Shown here: positions 24,079-39,600 of the stretch, in pieces
Layout of the letters: every line of letters begins with the position of its first letter
Numbering within the stretch: the stretch's first letter is position 1
Assembly: GCA_026023565.1 (NCBI GenBank)
Contig: JAPETS010000029.1
Span: 62,001 to 126,000, forward strand
DNA length: 64,000 nucleotides
Source: Cirrosporium novae-zelandiae
Taxonomy: Eukaryota
Direction: 5' to 3'
The notes under the pieces: generated by a model
Database searches by the model: none
What the model was told of the DNA's origin: nothing
The model's input: only the letters and a program-made list of their open reading frames with translations
Position numbers and translations under genes: made by a program

Positions 24079-27000
24079 ATGGCCGGATCCGTTGAAGTCT
24101 TTCTCTTCGGAGACCAAACTAGCATATTTGATACCGGTTTGCGGCAGCTATTCCAGGTGAAAGGAAACGCACTTTTGACGTCCTTCTTTGAACGGGTCTA
24201 CTATATTCTTCGATCGGAAGTGGGACGACTATCCGCCGCCGAACGAGAGCAATTCCCTCGCTTCACAAGTATCGTTGACCTTCTCGCTCGATACAGAGAA
24301 TCAAATACCTCCAACCCAGCAATAGAAAGTGCTCTCACGAGCACCCACCAGCTTGCAACTTTCATTAAGTAAGTTGTGTCTCGGCTCTTATGTTGTCCCC
24401 TAATCTCTGACATTAAACTAGTTTCTATGGAGATGGGTCTCGTCCATATCCTTCTTCCACGGAGGCTTTTCTGGTTGGATCATGCACTGGTATGCTTGCG
24501 GCGTCGGCGGTGAGCTCGTCACAAAGTGCTGTAGAACTTCTCCCAGCTGCTATCAGAGCAATAGTCGTTGCTTTTAGAGCGGGATTGAGAGTTGCAGAAG
24601 CTCGTGATATTGTGCAGCGAAAATCGAAGGTACCCTCTAGTTGGTCCGCAATCGTTCCCGGTATTCAAGTTTCAACCGCTCTAGACACACTGAATGAATT
24701 CAGCAACGAAAAGGCAAGTCAGACGACCTGTCTCGCAAATAAATAATCTAACCGTAATTAGGCACTTCCTCCTTCAAGACGGCCGTATATCAGCGCAGCC
24801 AGTACATCTGGATTGACGATCAGCGGACCTAATGAGGTTTTGGATGAACTCCTCCAATCATCATTCCTCAAAGACCACAAATATCTCCGAGTTCCGATCT
24901 ATGGACCATACCATGCACCACATCTATACACCGAATCCGATATTGACAAGATCCTCGGGGATAATTCTTCGGATGACCTAAGTCTGCATATCCCGAGGAT
25001 ACCTGTTATTTCCAGCGCCTCCGGGGATCAAATCTTGGCACCCACCTACCAATCGCTTCTTCGAGCTGCACTCGGAGAAATTCTCATGGAACCACTTCGA
25101 TTTGACAAGGTTCTTGAAGGCTGCAAATCCATCGTCCAATCATCTGGTTTCACTCACTGCAGTATCGTCCCGGTCGGTCAGGCAAACGGCGCCCAAAGTC
25201 TAGCAACGACCATGAAAAATGCTAGCGTGGATGCTGCCGTTGACAACAAGCTCACACACGGCGCCAAAACTGAAAATGTACCGCCAACTGGCCGACCCGC
25301 ACAATCCAAAATTGCCATCATCGGCCTCTCCGGCCGTTTTCCTTCTGCATCAGACCCTGAGGCTTTTTGGGAGTTGTTATACCAAGGTCTTGATGTTCAC
25401 AAAGAGGTTCCGCCTGAACGATTTGATGTAAAAACCCATGTCGATCCTACCGGCAAGAAGAAGAACACAACCTCCACACCCTATGGGTGCTGGGTCGACA
25501 ATCCTGGATTATTCGATCCCCGATTCTTCAACATGTCGCCCAGAGAAGCCACGCAAACAGATCCCATGCAGCGACTTGCGATTCTTACCGCATACGAAGC
25601 TCTTGAACAGGCAGGTTTTGTTCCAAATCGGACACCCTCTACTCAGCGAGATCGTGTAGGCATCTTTTACGGCCAAGTCTCTGATGACTGGCGCGAAATA
25701 AATAGCGGCCAAAACGTGGACACGTATTTTATTCCTGGAGGCATTCGTGCTTTCACACCAGGCCGCATCAACTACCACTTCAAATTCAGTGGTCCCAGTA
25801 TTAATGTCGATACTGCTTGCTCCTCCTCTCTCGCTGCAATCCATATGGCATGCAATTCCCTGTGGCAAGGAGATTGCGACAGCGTCATCGCAGGAGGCAC
25901 AAACATTCTAACGAATCCTGATATCTTTGCTGGCCTTGACCGAGGCCATTTCCTGTCCAGAACAGGAAACTGCAAAACGTTCGATGATGGTGCAGATGGA
26001 TACTGCCGGGCGGATGGTGTAGGCACCATTGTCATGAAGAGGCTGGAAGATGCTCAGGCTGACAACGACCCAATTCTCGGTGTTATTGTTGGAGCTGCAA
26101 CCAATCATTCTGCAGAGTCTGTCTCGATTACACGTCCACACGCCGGAGCTCAATCATTTTTATTCGACAAGGTGTTGGAGGCCGCTGGAATTGATCCAAT
26201 GGAAATTGGCTATATTGAGATGCACGGAACCGGCACTCAGGCTGGTGATGCTGTTGAAATGCGCTCTGTTTTGAACGTCTTTTCTCCAGACGATAGGAAA
26301 AGAAAGGCTGAACAGGCTCTCCATCTGGGCTCTGCAAAAGCTAACGTTGGTCATGGGGAATCGGCCTCTGGGATCATCGCTCTAATCAAGGTTCTCAAGA
26401 TGATGGAAAAGAACATGATCCCACCGCATTGTGGAATCAAGACAAAGATAAATCATGGATTCCCAAGCGACCTAGATGAGAGAAACATCCGAATTGCTTT
26501 CAAGCCAACTCCATGGAACCGGCCTAACGGAGACGGGAAGCGCAAAGTCTTTGTCAACAACTTCAGCGCCGCAGGTGGCAACACAGCTCTCTTGATTGAA
26601 GATGCTCCGCTGCACACAAAGGTCGAAGGTACCGATCCACGATCTACCCATGTTGTTTCGATCTCCGCAAAGTCGAAGGAATCTCTGAAGAGGAACATGC
26701 AAAGCCTGATATCTCACCTCAAGGAGAACCAAGATATCTCTCTTCCGGAGCTTTCGTATACTACGACGGCGCGACGGTTGCATCACAACTATCGCGTCTC
26801 TGTCACCGGATCCGACCTCCAGAAGATCATAGAAGGACTTGAATCTGCTCTTGAAAAGGGTACTGGAACAACGCCTATTCCCTCTGTTCTCCCAAAGACT
26901 GCCTTCGCCTTCACTGGCCAAGGCTCTCATTACGCTGCGATGGGCAAGCAGTTCTATGAGAACTTTTCGCAATTTCGCTCCGATTTGCAACACTTTGACA

Positions 27001-30000
27001 GCATTGCGCAGAACCAAGGCTTCCCCTCAATTCTTCCTCTGATCGACGGAAGTGTTGAAGAATTCAAAGACTTCACTCCCTTGGTTGTGCAACTCGGCGC
27101 TACCTGTATGCAAATGGCTCTTTCAAGACTCTGGAAATCATGGGGAATTACTCCTACCGTTGTTATTGGCCATAGCCTTGGAGAATATGCTGCTCTCTAT
27201 GTTGCTGGTGTTCTTTCTGCCAGTGATGCGATCTTCCTATGCGCCAAGCGAGCCAAGCTCTTGCAAGATCATTGCACTGCTGGTACCCATGCTATGCTTG
27301 CTGTCCAAGGCTCTGTACCTGCCATTGGAACTCATTTGACTGGCAAGGATTGCGAGATTGCTTGCATCAACGGTCCAGAAGCTACCGTCATTAGTGGAAT
27401 GAATCACAACATTGACTTGCTTGCTGAGGATCTTAAGGCTGCCGGTTTCAAATCTACTAAGCTTCATGTACCTTTCGCTTTCCATTCCGCCCAGGTCGAA
27501 CCCATTCTTCACGACTTTGAAAATGCCGCTCGAGGTGTTACCTTCAATGCCCCCGAGATTCCAGTCATATCTCCTCTACTCCGAGAAGTTTTAACAGACG
27601 CATCCCAATTCGGTCCCTCCTACATGAGTCGTCACTGCAGGGAAGCCGTCAACTTCTTGGGTGGATTGGAAGCCGCCCAAGAGGCTAAGCTCATTAACGA
27701 GAAGACTGCTTGGATCGAAATTGGCTCTCACCCTATCTGCTCTGGTATGGTCAAGTCTCTCCTTGGTGCTAAGATCACCGCTGTGCCTTCCCTTCGACGC
27801 AATGAAGATGCCTGGAAGGTCATTGCTAACACTCTCTCGAACCTTCACAATATTGGCGTCGAAATTAACTTCAATGACTATCACCGTGACTTCAAGTCTT
27901 GTCACGAAGTTATCAAGTTGCCAGCTTATAACTGGGAGCTTAAGAATTTCTGGATTCAATACGTCAACGATTGGACTTTGACCAAGGGTGATCCTGTCGC
28001 TCCGACGGTAGCTGCTATTGCTGCACCCCCTCCTCCTCCAGTGTCGAAGATTTCCACTACTACTGTGCAGAGGATCGTTGAAGAATCCTCCAATGGCAAT
28101 ACAGCCATGGTAGTTATGGAATCTGATCTTGCCGAACCAGCATTACAGGCCGCAATCCAGGGTCACCAGGTTAATGGTACCCCTCTCTGTCCTTCTTCGG
28201 TCTACGGCGACATGGCTGTGGTCCTCGGTCAGTATCTCCTCGACGAGTTTAACCCAAATGCCAAGAACAAGGGTATCGATGTAGCTGATATTGAGATCGG
28301 CAAGTCTCTTATCGCTACTGGGAAGAGACAATTGGTCCGAGCTACTGCTACTGCAGACTGGGAAGCCCAAGAGGCTAAGATCTCTATCTATAGTGTCAAC
28401 CTTGAGGGCAAGAAGACCGTTCTTCATTGTAACTGCACCGTCAAGTATGGTAATCCAGAAGCATGGAAGAAGGAATGGCAACGCACCGCCTACCTCGTCA
28501 GGAGCCGCATCACCGCCCTTAAGAAGGGTGTCACTGACGGTTCAAGCCACATGATCAAACGTGGCATGGCCTACAAACTCTTTGGTGCCATCGTCACTTA
28601 CAATAAGAAATATCATGGTATGGAAGAAGTTTGTCTTGACAGCGAGGAGCTGGAATGCACAGCCAAAGTCACCTTCCAGGCAACTGGTAAAGAAGGCAAT
28701 TTTGCTTTCCCTCCCTATTGGAGTGACAGTCTTGGTTCGGTTTCTGGCTTCGTTATGAACGCCAACGATGCTGTTGACTCTAAGAGTCAAGTCTTCATCA
28801 ATCATGGTTGGACCTCGCTCCGTCATACCAAACCTACGGAATACTCTGCAGATAAGGTCTACCAGTCTTACGTGAAAATGCAGTTAGTCGAAGGGACCCT
28901 TTACGCTGGCGATGTCTACGTCTTCGAAGGAGACGAAGTTATTGCTTTGTTCGAAGGCGTCCGATTCCAAGGCGTTCCACGCAAGGTTCTTGATCTCGTC
29001 CTTCCTCACCCTGATTCGAAGGGTGCTGCTAAGTCTGCTCCTGCACCAGCTGCTAAGCCATCTGTCGCAAAGGCTTCCACTGCTGCTCCAAAGGCTCAGA
29101 AGTCAGCTACCAAATCGGCTCCCGCTCCAGTCGCGCCAAAGAAGGCTGCCTCTTCCGGAAATTCTACTAAGGCCATCGCCATTACTGCTGAAGAAGTTGG
29201 CGTTGAAGTTGCTGAACTTACTGAAGCCTCCGCTTTTGCCGATCTCGGTGTGGACTCTCTTCTAGCTCTAACTATCACAGGCCGCTTCCGCGAGGAGCTC
29301 GATTTGGATATGGACATTGACTCCAACATCTTTGTGGACTACCCCACCGTCAAGGACCTCAAGAATTTCTTCTCTCTCCACGAACCTGCTGAAGAGATCT
29401 CCCGGGGTTCTGTTGTCTCACTTGATACTTCCTCTGGCATGTCTACACCTGTTGAATCTGGCTCTGATTTCGCCGATGATGAGAGTGCTACCTCCATCGA
29501 AGAAGATGAGGGCGACGTCATGAACACCATCCGAACCATTATTGCAGAGGAGATTGGCGTCACTCCCAGTGAGATCACTGGTGGCACCAACCTCGCTGAC
29601 TTCGGTATGGATTCTCTCATGGGCCTCACCATCCTTGGTCGGATGCGTGAGTCTATTGATTTAGAAATTCCAGGAGAACTCTTCCAAGAGAACGAGACCC
29701 TTGATGCTGTTCAGTCTGCCCTCGGTATTAAGCCTAACAAGCCTAAGTCTGCTCCAGCTCCAAAGCCTGCCAAAGAACAAAAGGTTATCGCTCCTCAGTC
29801 TCAGCCAATCGCTCTTCCCCCAGCCACTTCCATTCTTCTCCAAGGTAACCCAAAGACTGCTACTAAAAAACTCTTCTTGTGGCCTGATGGGTCAGGCTCT
29901 TCAACCTCTTACTCCTCTATTCCTAAAGTCTCATCTAATGTCGTAGTGTTTGGGCTCAACTGTCCGTTCATGAAGACCCCAGAGGCCTTTAACTGTACCC

Positions 30001-30608
30001 TCCAGACAGTTATGACTTCTTACCTAGCTGAAGTCCGCCGTCGCCAGCCAAAAGGTCCTTACTACATTGGTGGTTGGTCGGCCGGTGGTGTCTGCGCATT
30101 GGAAGCTGCTAAACAACTACAAGAACAAGGAGACAAAGTTGAAAGACTGATTATTCTCGATGCTCCATATCCTGTCGGCATCGAACGTCTTCCCGACCGT
30201 CTCATCCACTTCTTCGACTCTCTCAACCTCTTTGGTGCTGACCCTTCCAAGAAAGCTCCTGAGTGGCTTGTACCTCACTTCCTTTCCACAATCACTGCGT
30301 TAGACAAGTACAAAGATCAGGCTGCCCGGTTCGATCCCACTACTGCACCAAAAACTTATATGTTCTGGGCCCGCGATGGTATCTGCAAGTATCCCGATTC
30401 CAGGCGACCCGAACCTCATCCAAATGAGCCCAAGACCATGCTGTGGCTGTTGAACAACAGAACAGACTTCGGCTCCAACGGATGGGATTACCTCCTCGGT
30501 GCCCAGAATATCGAAACTGACAGTGTTGAGAACGCCAACCACTTCACCATGATGATGGGAGAAGGCGCCGCCAAGCTATCGAAGCTAATTGCAAAGGCAA
30601 TGGCTTAA
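24079..30608 (+). CDS. pks1: Non-reducing iterative type I PKS (SAT-KS-AT-PT-ACP-ACP-TE), DHN-melanin/tetrahydroxynaphthalene synthase type, 2142 aa
   Basis: Exons 24079-24368, 24422-24713, 24762-30608 (second intron GC-AG). VFLFGDQT, SAT GSCTG, KS DTACSSS / EMHGTGTQAGD / KANVGHGE, AT GHSLGE / FAFHS, PT GHQVNG, ACPs DLGVDSL and DFGMDSL, TE GWSAG and NHFTMM. Domain architecture is direct; product identity and symbol are inferred. Confidence 0.9.
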
Positions 30609-33600
30609 AAAAATGAAAAAAAAATTTAATGAGCCGGGCACCGCCGATGAGGAATAGAACTATGTGTGCATGAACTTTTTTCTTTACTCCATTTGTTTTT
30701 TGTTCGATTATACTAAGTTGCTTGGAACTCTACGGTCTTAGGGTTGGTTTGGGTAAACACATTTGGCTTTTTGATTTTTACGGCTTACTTAGATTGCATG
30801 TGTCTTTATGATATTTCGGCTTCACATTGATGTCTTTTATTGTTTTTGTTTATTTGGCGAATTTTTGCTGCGACATAATAACGGCCTGTTTTAAGATGAG
30901 AGAAAGAGATAGGAGCTTTCCAAGCCTTCCTATGTGTCTTCTTTGTTCTTTTTTCTTTTGTTTGTCTTTTAAGCAAATGGATATAACGAGAGCCACTGGT
31001 CATTGGTTGGGTTGACATAGGGTTTTGTTTTTGTTTTTACCAATTTTTTCTTTTTTTTTTACTACTCTTGCTGGAAGATGGGGAAACAGGTAGAAAGAAA
31101 CGGGAGACAAGATAAAAGGAAAGATTATTTGATTAATCTTTTTCTTTTTTCTTTGTCCATGTATATAATATTTTCCCCCAGCTAATTAACATCTTACCAA
31201 GCTATACTACAGAATAGTTCTACAAACAAAAAAAATTCAAATGTTTAAAATATAAAAAAAATGATGTGGTCTTTTGTACAAGCAGATATGATAGCTTAAG
31301 CAGCTGGCTTTTTTCTTTCTTTCTCTCCCATCCTTACTTCCTCTCCTTTCTTTCCCACACGTACGTATTCTTCTTACCAATCACTCCGTTCCCTCCCGAA
31401 TGACATACCCCCCTCCCTTCCGATTTACTCCTAGTCCTGATCCTCCATCCCAAATCTCAAAAGTCAATAGTACCTCTCTCTCTCTCTTTCTCTCGGAGTT
31501 ATGACCCTTATCTCCCATACGCGCCACATATCCACCACAAACTATGCATAAACAACCCACTAAAATGTATAAATATATACGTATCCACATATACATTGTA
31601 CATCCCTAACATACATATATACACACTAAAATAAAATAAATATTTTTTCCCTTTTCTTTCTTCTTTAAATTTAGAATTAAGGGGGATGAGATGGGATGGG
31701 ATGGGTATTGGGACGGGACCCACCCTTGTGGAGGCTGGACCCGCTGGCAGGTAGGGAAGTGATGAAGATGAGATGGGATAGCCCATGGAGGGAGGGAGAG
31801 TTTAGGGCATAGGAAATCTAGGAATAGAAACAAAAAAACATATGACTATCTCTTGCTAGCTAGCTAGCTACTACTGTATATTTTACTTATTATCTGATAT
31901 AGTATATAGGTTATGTAGGCTATGTATGTGGATGATGGTGGTGGTGGCAGAAGGTACAGGAAGCAAGAAGAAGGTAAGAATCCTAACTAGGTAGTTCACA
32001 AGAACTCTCTCTCTCTTCATTCATTGATCTCTATTCTTTAGATGACTTGTATGTGTGCGTGATATGGAAGCCACCACCAACCAACTACCAACGGTATTTT
32101 TACATCATAATCATCATAATCATCATCATTGATTTGGGATGAGGAGATAGATAGATGAGATGGATTGATTAGACTATCATTACAGTATCATTTTTTTTTA
32201 ACAAAACCTGGTAAGGTAGGCTAGGTAGGGTGATAAGATTTAGTTTTTTTTTGTGTTCTCGGAACGAATCCCAAAAAGGGAGATCTAAGCCTCTCTTGTT
32301 TTTTTTGATCATTATTTATTTAGGTTATTTTGGGGGGGGAATTCTTTTTTTAATTTTTTTTTTGATATTCCTTTAGCTCTAGTTCATAAAGGGAGAAATG
32401 AGATGAGAGGGGAGAGGAGAGGTGAGGAGGGATCTAAAAGAAAAAACTAAATTTAATGTTATGTATGTGTTGGATGTGTTTGGATGTATCTTTTATGTAC
32501 TGTACACATGTACCTAAGTATCTATGAGACTTTTTGTGGAGAGAAATTTTTTTAGATAAGCAAATCGCCCTTAATAACATGAACAACCTATATACTTAAA
32601 CCACCTCATCGTATTTTTCATCCACTAAGAGCTTTGTTATCTCCTAACTTTTCTAATTAACGTATACTTGAATAAGACTTCTTTTCCATTTTTAGGAATT
32701 TCTAGCTTCCGGCAAATGGAATGAATGACATGAAAAATCCTATCTCTCTCTCTCTTTTTTTATTTTGGTTGTGGTTCAGTGAGCTGAGTGGATGAGTGGA
32801 TGAGTGAGTTGAGCCAGTGAGGGGGAGGAGGAGGAGCAGGAGGGGGTGAGGTTTCTTTCTTTCTTCTTTTTTTCTTTTCCAGGGCTGAAAATCTTCTCTT
32901 CTCTTCGAGTCCTGGATCGGATTGGCGTTGCTCACGTAAGATTGATGATTTGAGGGGAAAATGGAGGATTTGTGGGTGAAAGAGAGGTACCGAGGTACTT
33001 GGATTTGTGCGTGTTGCGATTGGCTGGCTGGATGGCTGGGATGGTTGGCCCTGAGAGAATGATAATCTTGAGTTAAGTGTGTGAATGGACGAGTGAGAAA
33101 GGAATAAGTGAATGAGGCTGAGCAGTTTAGGAAGGGCGGGTAGATCTTTTAATGGATGTTTGTATTTTTATAATTATTTGGTAGCCTGGGCTGTCGCGAA
33201 TGAGAGATGAAGAAGGGGGGGGCTTGTCCTTGAATTCTTCACCTACAATTCTGAAACTGCCTAGGGCCCTGTAAGATGAGGATTTTGGGAAATTACAGGG
33301 CATGTGCAACGTGACGAAAATATTTACGATGAACCTCTGTACCTTACATGTACATGGAAGATGAGAGCAACAGAGCAACAGAATAAGGTACGTGGCTGGT
33401 GGCCTTAGCCGCCTTAATTTTTTGACAAAAACCCCAAGGATTAGGTGACTGGCCACTTTATCAACTCCAGCGCACATATCATTTAGATGTCTCGTCTTTC
33501 TCACATCAGAGTTCTCGCTATTTCCACCATGGGCTTGCGAAAAATAACAGTGTGGCCCATCTTCAGGGTGTAAAGCGTATTATTTAGCCCCTTCGTCGGG

Positions 33601-36600
33601 TACGTCTGGGTTCTCGCCACGTTCCATGCATTGATCTGCGATGGCGGCAAGAAGGAGTCTGGAATCTCATGCATGAAGCAGGGAATTCGGAAATGGTCAT
33701 TTGGAATTTTGAGATTGATGGTTCCTGGAAGAGGACCCAAAGAAAAACGGCAGGAGAATTTTGGTCAAAAAGACTTCAAGGGTTAGCCTGACTGAAAGGT
33801 GGTTATGAGTAACAATGACTAGGGATGGCCTGAAATAGTATTATTTTCAAATATTCTGATCATGGAGCATCGTGCGCTCATTCGGTACATAGAGATGAGC
33901 CTAGAGGTTGTCTTTGCTCAGCTGGCTGAGTGAGGAATGCTGGCTCACAGATGAGCCAAAAACATCCGAACAATAAAAAAATATTAGCGCTGTGAACTGG
34001 TCCCATTATACAAAATCCCGAATAAATAGTTAACACGGACCATGTGCTCCAAATCAGAGTGGAGGAAGCAAGCTGTAAGAAGGGTTGTAGGCAAATAGTG
34101 GATATGACATAGCTGAGTGAAAGTGCCTCCGGGGAGGTGAGTTCTCAACACAATGGAAAAAGAACAAGACAAAAAGAAGTAAAAGAAAGCGGTGAACGTG
34201 GTTGTAAAGAGGGGATGGCTGAAATGGCGGAATTAAGCTTGAAAGCCATGCTTTCGAGATTTAGCAGTCACGCTCTTTCTCGTCCATATTGTTGGGATTG
34301 TGGATCAGTTGTTGAGAAGGATACCCAAGGCAAGTTTTGATAAAGCTAGATGGGTCCAATGTTTTACATGAATCCTGCATGTGTTATTGATGCAAGTGAG
34401 ATATGGGCTGAAAAATCTCTCATCACATGAGTAACACGATATGTGATCTTGGTTTCCATGTACAATTTAGAAGGTGGATTGATTAGTGACGATGATGGAC
34501 GATGGCTATACATGGGAACTGGATCATGTTTTTGTGAAGAATGGTTCCAACACACGGAAACTCGCCGACGACGTTGATGATTTGCAAGAACAGCCGGTTG
34601 GCGCGGCATGTCTTCTTCAGTCCTGTGGCTTCGGTCATCCTCGGTACGCCATGTCGTTAATTCCATTCACTTTTACATCCCATAAACAAGTTCAGGTCCA
34701 CTTCATAATCTGGATTTGCTTTCCCATTCAGGTTGGCTTTCCAATGGCGCTAAAATTCCTTTCCTCAGGTCACCATCGTTGCATCCTGTGGACTGCCTCT
34801 ACAGAAGAAGGTTGGGTTGTGATAGTCTCATGAGGGTTTTCGGATGTGGTGAAGCTAATAGCTGGAGAAACTTCGTCTTCCACATCTCTCTAAGTACCTT
34901 TGGAAAGCCGGGATCCCCCATCTAGATAGCAATGATACATTTACCAATACACTCTCTGACCAGTAACGAGCGAATCTGAGTTGGCCAAAGTTACTCGCAA
35001 TATTTACTCCTTCAGGTGAGGTATTTGCCTGAAGATCCTACCCGGAGAGTTCTAAAGCTCAATTGAATAATATCCTTCAGAACTGACTCCATTGTTTGCC
35101 CCGATGTTAGCTTCTGATTCTTGAATCCTCCTTGAATCGATGATGGGACCTGGGAGATAGTTGAATAGCTACTCCGTTGCCAAGTTTATCAAAGACCCTG
35201 CATTAAACTATCTGATTGTACATATTTTAAACGGCAAAGCTTGCAAACTAGTTAAATGCACTGGTTCATCTGAGCAGGATCAGATATTATCATAACAAGG
35301 TTGAATGATACCGCAGAGTCTAAAGGAAGAAGATATGTGGGGATATTTAGTCCCATTGGGAGGAGTTCGAGATACAGAGCGACAAAGCGAAAGGCAAGGT
35401 TCAAGACATGGTGGTAGAGTTTGAGCTGATGCTCGTTTGTTCGTCGGACTGGACAGAATGTCTCAAGGTTCGTCCAGAATGTAGACCTTGCAGGTTTTGT
35501 CTCGTTAGTATATCCAACATCTGTCGAGGAGGGTGTTTTTTATCCTATCCGCTTCCTAGGAAGGTCCCGCATATATCCTATCCTAACTTAACATTTATGC
35601 ATATTTCTTTCTGATGATATCTGCGGGGTATTTATCCTTCCTTCTTGTCATTCGCCCCGCCTGGATCAGGTGAGGGTGAAACTGCCTCCACTGTATCGAT
35701 TGGATTTATAGATAGATATTTGTAACAGTCTTCTTGCATATGGAGACATATATCGAACGGGCAGGCCGTCAAAATGAAAGGTTCGGAACTGGAATCCTTG
35801 GTCTAGAGTAGTCTTGCTACCACTCAAGGTTTCACGCTGCATTAGCAAGGCAGGTAGATGTCAGTTGGCATTTGACAACAGGATAGTACTAAAACGGGAG
35901 TATAGTGATGTCGGATCTAATATTGGGCATGTTTGAGTGTTGAGGTACTTGAGTGACCTCCCTATAACTGTAAATTAACCGTTGGCGTGATGTTTGCATA
36001 TATTTGATCAACAAGCTTCGACAATCCATCCATTTTTCTAGTACGTTGTTAAGATTCATTGGCATTTCACGTTATGACATAATGAAGTGGCTTGTGAAGC
36101 ACAGAGTAGAGATGGTTGCTATCTATGAGCTACGTGGAAAGCTTGTAAATATTATCGACTGATGATCTCTCTCATATCGGGTCAGTAACATGTTCTTTCA
36201 ATTTTCCGAAGGATTGATGAGACATGCAGCACCATCTCTATACTTTATACATGGCAATGGAATAAAGTAGAAAATATCACATGGATGTGTTGAAACTCAA
36301 TGTTTAGCAGTAGAAGTACATGTATACTGACAGACACATTGACACAATAGGAATTCGCTAATCTCTCTCGGGCGGATAGATCTTCCCGCCCCCCTCCTTT
36401 TAGTCAAGACACTTAGCTTGTTTGGGTATAGGATTAGGGCTTCAGAGAAAGAACCCTCCCCTTCTAGTAGAACAGTGCAGTAGAAATCTAGAACGCGTAA
36501 GCTGCAGCATTAACATTGGCAACATTGACAACATTTCATCCCAGGCACAAGTAATAATTTGTATCGAATTTTTCGTTTCCAATGTATAGTATCATCATGT

Positions 36601-39600
36601 TGTCTATAACTCCTTGACCGCTTCTTGCTCAACGCCGCTTATAGCTTAATTAACTTTCATTGAATTAATATATTTTGGACGTCTGTCAATCATTGTTATC
36701 TCGTTTAGAGTAATTAACTAGCGAACTATGTACGACGTTCAAAGCATCTTTGGGTATCTTGTACCCTTGGTATGCCTGTGGTAGCAACTCTTCCCGTCTC
36801 TTTTATTACATTTTACCTTCTAACCCGTAGTTCCACCCGGGTGCCCATATCGTCCCCTCGTCCATTCGTTCTCCCACCATCTCATTTAGGTCATGAACCT
36901 AAAGTTTTTTTTGTCGAACCCGAACCCACTCCACCTAACCTGCCTGCTATTGCATACTATCAACAAATCCCCCTAGATAGGGTTATCTGCCCTTATATTT
37001 TGATCCATGGTATCCTCGCCCTTTCGCCACTTTATCCTGATTATCTTGTCAATCCGATCAATACTTTCACGTGGAAGGGAGATTGTCACCAACACCCCAA
37101 CTATCTAAAACTCGTTGCATATTTCTCCAAGGAGGGTATGAACTACTAATCGAATTCCTGATAATTCTGCAATACAACCTGGTTTATGAATCAGATTCCG
37201 CGCCTTCGTTCCTAATTTCAACCATTTAAGCCTTGGGGATTAGTACAGTTCCGACCAGAGAAGCAAGTCCAAGATAGAGCGCATTGAGGTCTATTCCCCA
37301 GCCCATAGCTTTAGCTTGCTGCCTATAGCTATGCTTCACTGTAAACAATTCAATTGAACGCTGGAGATTCAATGGTAACCTAGTCGGCCTAGAAATGAAG
37401 CTGCAATAGCACACTACTTGGGCAGAGGTTACTCTTTCGGGAGACCTTCAACAATGATCCCCCATATTGTAGCATCAATGGCTTGCCGATAGTTATTACG
37501 GTCTCATACACAGCAATACACAATAATACAGCTTTATATTTCCAATTCACAACATCTACTCGGAACGCTTATAGAAGCTGTTGCATATCGCTGCTTCTCT
37601 ACATCGTATCAAAGGCTTATTGATATGCTACAGCCACAATACGAGATCTATTCTCAAGCCTGCTTGTTTTCCAAGCACAAGATGCAGGGTCGTGATTTAA
37701 TTCTATGTCAACACGTGCTGAGCCAGAGACTGACAATATGTTTGCCCGCTCGAGCATAGGACAGTGGATAAACTCTGTGTGGTGTGACTTGACTATCGAT
37801 CAATCAATTAACAAAATGAGGTCTGTATTTCTTGCTGACTCGTGACAACGGTAACGTCGCGAATCGCGAAATAGTTTACCGAACTCGGTCGAATACTCCA
37901 CCTTTTCACTTAACATATTCGAACCCACGTTTGACAGGTTTCTCAACATAATAATCCGAATGATTTATGAAGAAAGTATTGATAGTGCATATCTTTGTTT
38001 CATCTTGAACCCGAGCATAAGAAAAGTTAACTGAGTCTTCCGCGGGAAGGAATCACCAATAAACGACCTGGATGACTTGCTCAACCACTTTCGCCAAATT
38101 GATATTCCAGTACTGTTACCACGCCAGTATGATGACGAATGGCGTGCGAACCGCAAGCGTATCCGATATAGGACTTGGCTGTGACATCACTAAGCAGAAG
38201 GATATTCCTAATAAGGTCGGATACTTGGTGACCTTTAAACAACCGATTCCCGATTTGGATAGTTGCCAACTGTTGAGGGTACTTTGGCCCTGTTGATGTG
38301 GAGCTTAAGCATCTTTATCTATCTCTGCATATTTTGTTAGCCATTCGCAATTTATTTGCTTACCTATCGTCGGCACCCTCAGTTCTCTAGCGTTGGTGAT
38401 CTACACTACAATGCTGCAGATAATCCAATATTTGAAATACAAGCGGATTTAAGCTAAAACGGAGATGCGAAAGCTTTTTTATGCGGACACTCAAATTCGC
38501 TTCGTCAGAAGCTTGTTCATCCAGCTGACAGTCAAAGCCACAGAACTTCAAATCCATCTTGACTAATCTGCAGGGCTGTGTACCCCACAGATTAGGCAAC
38601 ATGATAGGAGGACCTGGGAACAGTAACACGGATGAAGCCAACCATCTGTAATGCTACTCTATGAAGACTTCGGTCTATTTCTGAAGACAAACAAAATGTC
38701 CTAGTGGCCCCTAAATTTGGAGATGCGGAATGGAAAAAATCGAAGAAAATCTAAAGTGACGTACAACAAACTCAGCTTGTTGACAACGGAATTAATAAGG
38801 TTTACGAAATACCCATTGATGATCCTGCCTACCCTCGTGGCGAATATATTCTGCACTTATCGCATGACGAGTTGTACAACGGAATTCCAGGGATTGGATT
38901 CCATGTTATAATAGCAGGTCTTGAAACCAAGTGTCCTTATGAGTATGAAGCTCTAAAGCAGCGACTATGGGGTACAGGTCAGCAGCTGGCGAGATATCAT
39001 CAGTACACGAGAGCCTTCTAAGTATCCCATTACTAGAAAGGGCTGACGTACAAACCGAGGGTTCAGCCCGTTAACAAGAAAATAAAACTGCTCCGTATGT
39101 GCTTTATTCAAGCTTCATACCCAGTTCATATTGCTATCTTCTTAATGATGACTCTGCGGCTATCAATTAGAGCCTTGTCGAGGTTCATTTGTAAACTTGA
39201 TTTCATGGCCATCAAGTGGTGAGATTTTGACGATGGGGGGCGATCTTTCCGGTCCCAGCGTCGCAGCCCAACAAGGCTATTGCGGCGTCGCCAACCTTAT
39301 CAATAGCAAGGACTAAATATATAATTGGAAGATAACGATCTTCCGAGAACTGTAGCGCTGAACATGCTTTCTAAATCTCCCTACCTTGTTGCAGGTTGCG
39401 GGGTTTCCAGAAGCAGGCGGACATTTTTTGAGGCTTCGATGATATAAATGTTTTGCAGCAGATGATCGAAGGGTTGGGATCATTAATATTGTATATCCTG
39501 GAGTCCATGCCCTTTTGCCGCAGTAGGTCAAGAAAGATGCACTCAGCAATGCGGCTAGGATTAATACAGCCGTATGACCCAGGAGGATGATCTGCCACGC

